Assembly: GCF_000018105.1 (NCBI RefSeq)
Contig: NC_009925.1
Location: 4,740,001 to 4,772,000, forward strand
From: Acaryochloris marina MBIC11017
Lineage (GTDB): Bacteria > Cyanobacteriota > Cyanobacteriia > Thermosynechococcales > Thermosynechococcaceae
Length of the DNA stretch: 32,000 nucleotides
Reading direction: 5' to 3'
Shown here: in pieces, positions 31,406 to 32,000 of the stretch
Layout: each line of letters opens with the position of its first letter
Position numbering within the stretch: position 1 is the stretch's first letter
Translations under genes and position numbers: made by a program
Notes under the pieces: model-generated
What the model saw: the letters and a program-made list of their open reading frames with translations, nothing else
What the model was told of the DNA's origin: nothing
Database searches by the model: none

Positions 31406-31842
31406 GGATGCAGGGTTTAACGGAGCTTCCAAAACAACTTCTCAACACCGCTCATGATGACGGCAGAGGGTGATGGCTTTAAGTTTTGTACTGCACTGAG
31501 GAGAGCATTACACTCAAGCGCCAACCAACATTGGCGTAATATGACACAAAAAAGTGCTTAACCCCAGACAATGCGATCACGCTAGAAAATTTATAAATAA
31601 AGGGATAGCTCAATACATCGGCTGTCAATTCTGATTTTTGGTCACAAACCTGGAATATCAATCACATCTTCTCCAAAGTGATTTCAAAACATATATTGCG
31701 CGTTATTTCTTCCAGAAATACCTGAAAAAATCCGATTGCGGCAACAGCGCTTGTCCTCCACACTGAGAGTAGCTCAATGCAAGCGAATCACAGATTGACT
31801 GAGCTTGCAGAAAAGTACGAGGTCTAGAGGAGTGGAAATGCT

Positions 31843-32000
31843 GTGATACAGCCTGAACAGCTGATCGACGCTGCAACCGAGGCCATTTTTAAGTGCGATA
31901 ACGAATACCTGAGAACCATCGAAGTCGATGTCCTGGACGCCTGCCTCGCAGGTCTCACCTACGAAGAAATGGCCGAAAAGCTCGACTACTCCAATCGCTA
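31843..32000 (+). CDS. 5' end of a gene whose product begins with a LuxR/sigma-70-region-4-like HTH (continues beyond the window)
   Basis: GTG 31843 is preceded by GAGGAGTGG (31827-31835). The open frame runs to the window end: VIQPEQLIDAATEAIFKCDNEYLRTIEVDVLDACLAGLTYEEMAEKLDYSNR. The L-x-GLTYEEMAEKL segment resembles an HTH. The fragment is short, so this is tentative. Confidence 0.4.
   Translation, partial: MIQPEQLIDAATEAIFKCDNEYLRTIEVDVLDACLAGLTYEEMAEKLDYSNR

Noticed and set aside
31479-31661. 60-aa minus-strand ORF, and the 62-aa + ORF at 31285-31473 (which translates the inverted repeat as PQNGGFRG)
   Set aside because: Both are short and lack motifs. The + ORF is antisense to the DUF559 gene and is created by the repeat sequence itself.
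1-32000. Search for tRNA, rRNA, tmRNA, transposase, integrase or reverse-transcriptase (DGR) genes that could explain the repeat diversification or the cassette
   Set aside because: I found no T-loop/GTTCGAATC-like tRNA signatures, no rRNA-like stretches and no ORF with DDE, tyrosine or serine recombinase or RT motifs. Their absence was judged by eye only and should be confirmed with tRNAscan, Infernal and HMM searches.

Overview
This is a cyanobacterial chromosomal window. The HIP1 octamer GCGATCGC occurs at least 8 times, and the protein families are typical of cyanobacteria.

**Left edge.** The 3' end of infA, an NlpC/P60 peptidase and a Hanks-type Ser/Thr kinase.

**Surface locus (4292-21295).** It follows an unusually long non-coding gap (2953-4291) that is partly very AT-rich and ends in a structured leader. 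The locus is about 17 kb, with seven genes on one strand, and every product has an N-terminal signal peptide:
- a Cys-free, acidic, Thr/Asn/Gly/Asp-rich 871-aa DUF11-like protein;
- a 186-aa single-DUF11 protein;
- a DUF11 + SdrD-B-like protein, translationally coupled (ATGA) to the next gene;
- a 1354-aa protein with a Pro/Glu-rich spacer, Ig-like (Big) domains and a very large predicted outer-membrane beta-barrel;
- a parallel beta-helix protein;
- two large adhesin-like proteins (lectin-like + DUF11; DUF4347 + GEVED + vWA) that share a roughly 210-aa C-terminal module.

I read this as a candidate surface-fibre or adhesin assembly system that I cannot map to a described pathway.

**Middle genes.** A secreted pentapeptide-repeat protein, a SnoaL-like ester cyclase, a GAF-LuxR regulator and a rhodanese sulfurtransferase.

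**Right third.** A translationally coupled (GTGA) two-gene NTPase pair:
- a 446-aa ORC/Cdc6-like P-loop ATPase;
- a 1609-aa protein with TPR repeats, a STAND NTPase, one TM helix and 12 WD40 repeats. The 123-nt WD40 units are nearly identical at nucleotide level except at a few codons.

This is a candidate conflict or defence sensor. Next to it lie a DUF559 (Vsr-fold) endonuclease gene bracketed by perfect 34-bp inverted repeats, and the start of an HTH-bearing gene.

I saw no rRNA, tRNA, CRISPR array, transposase or integrase.
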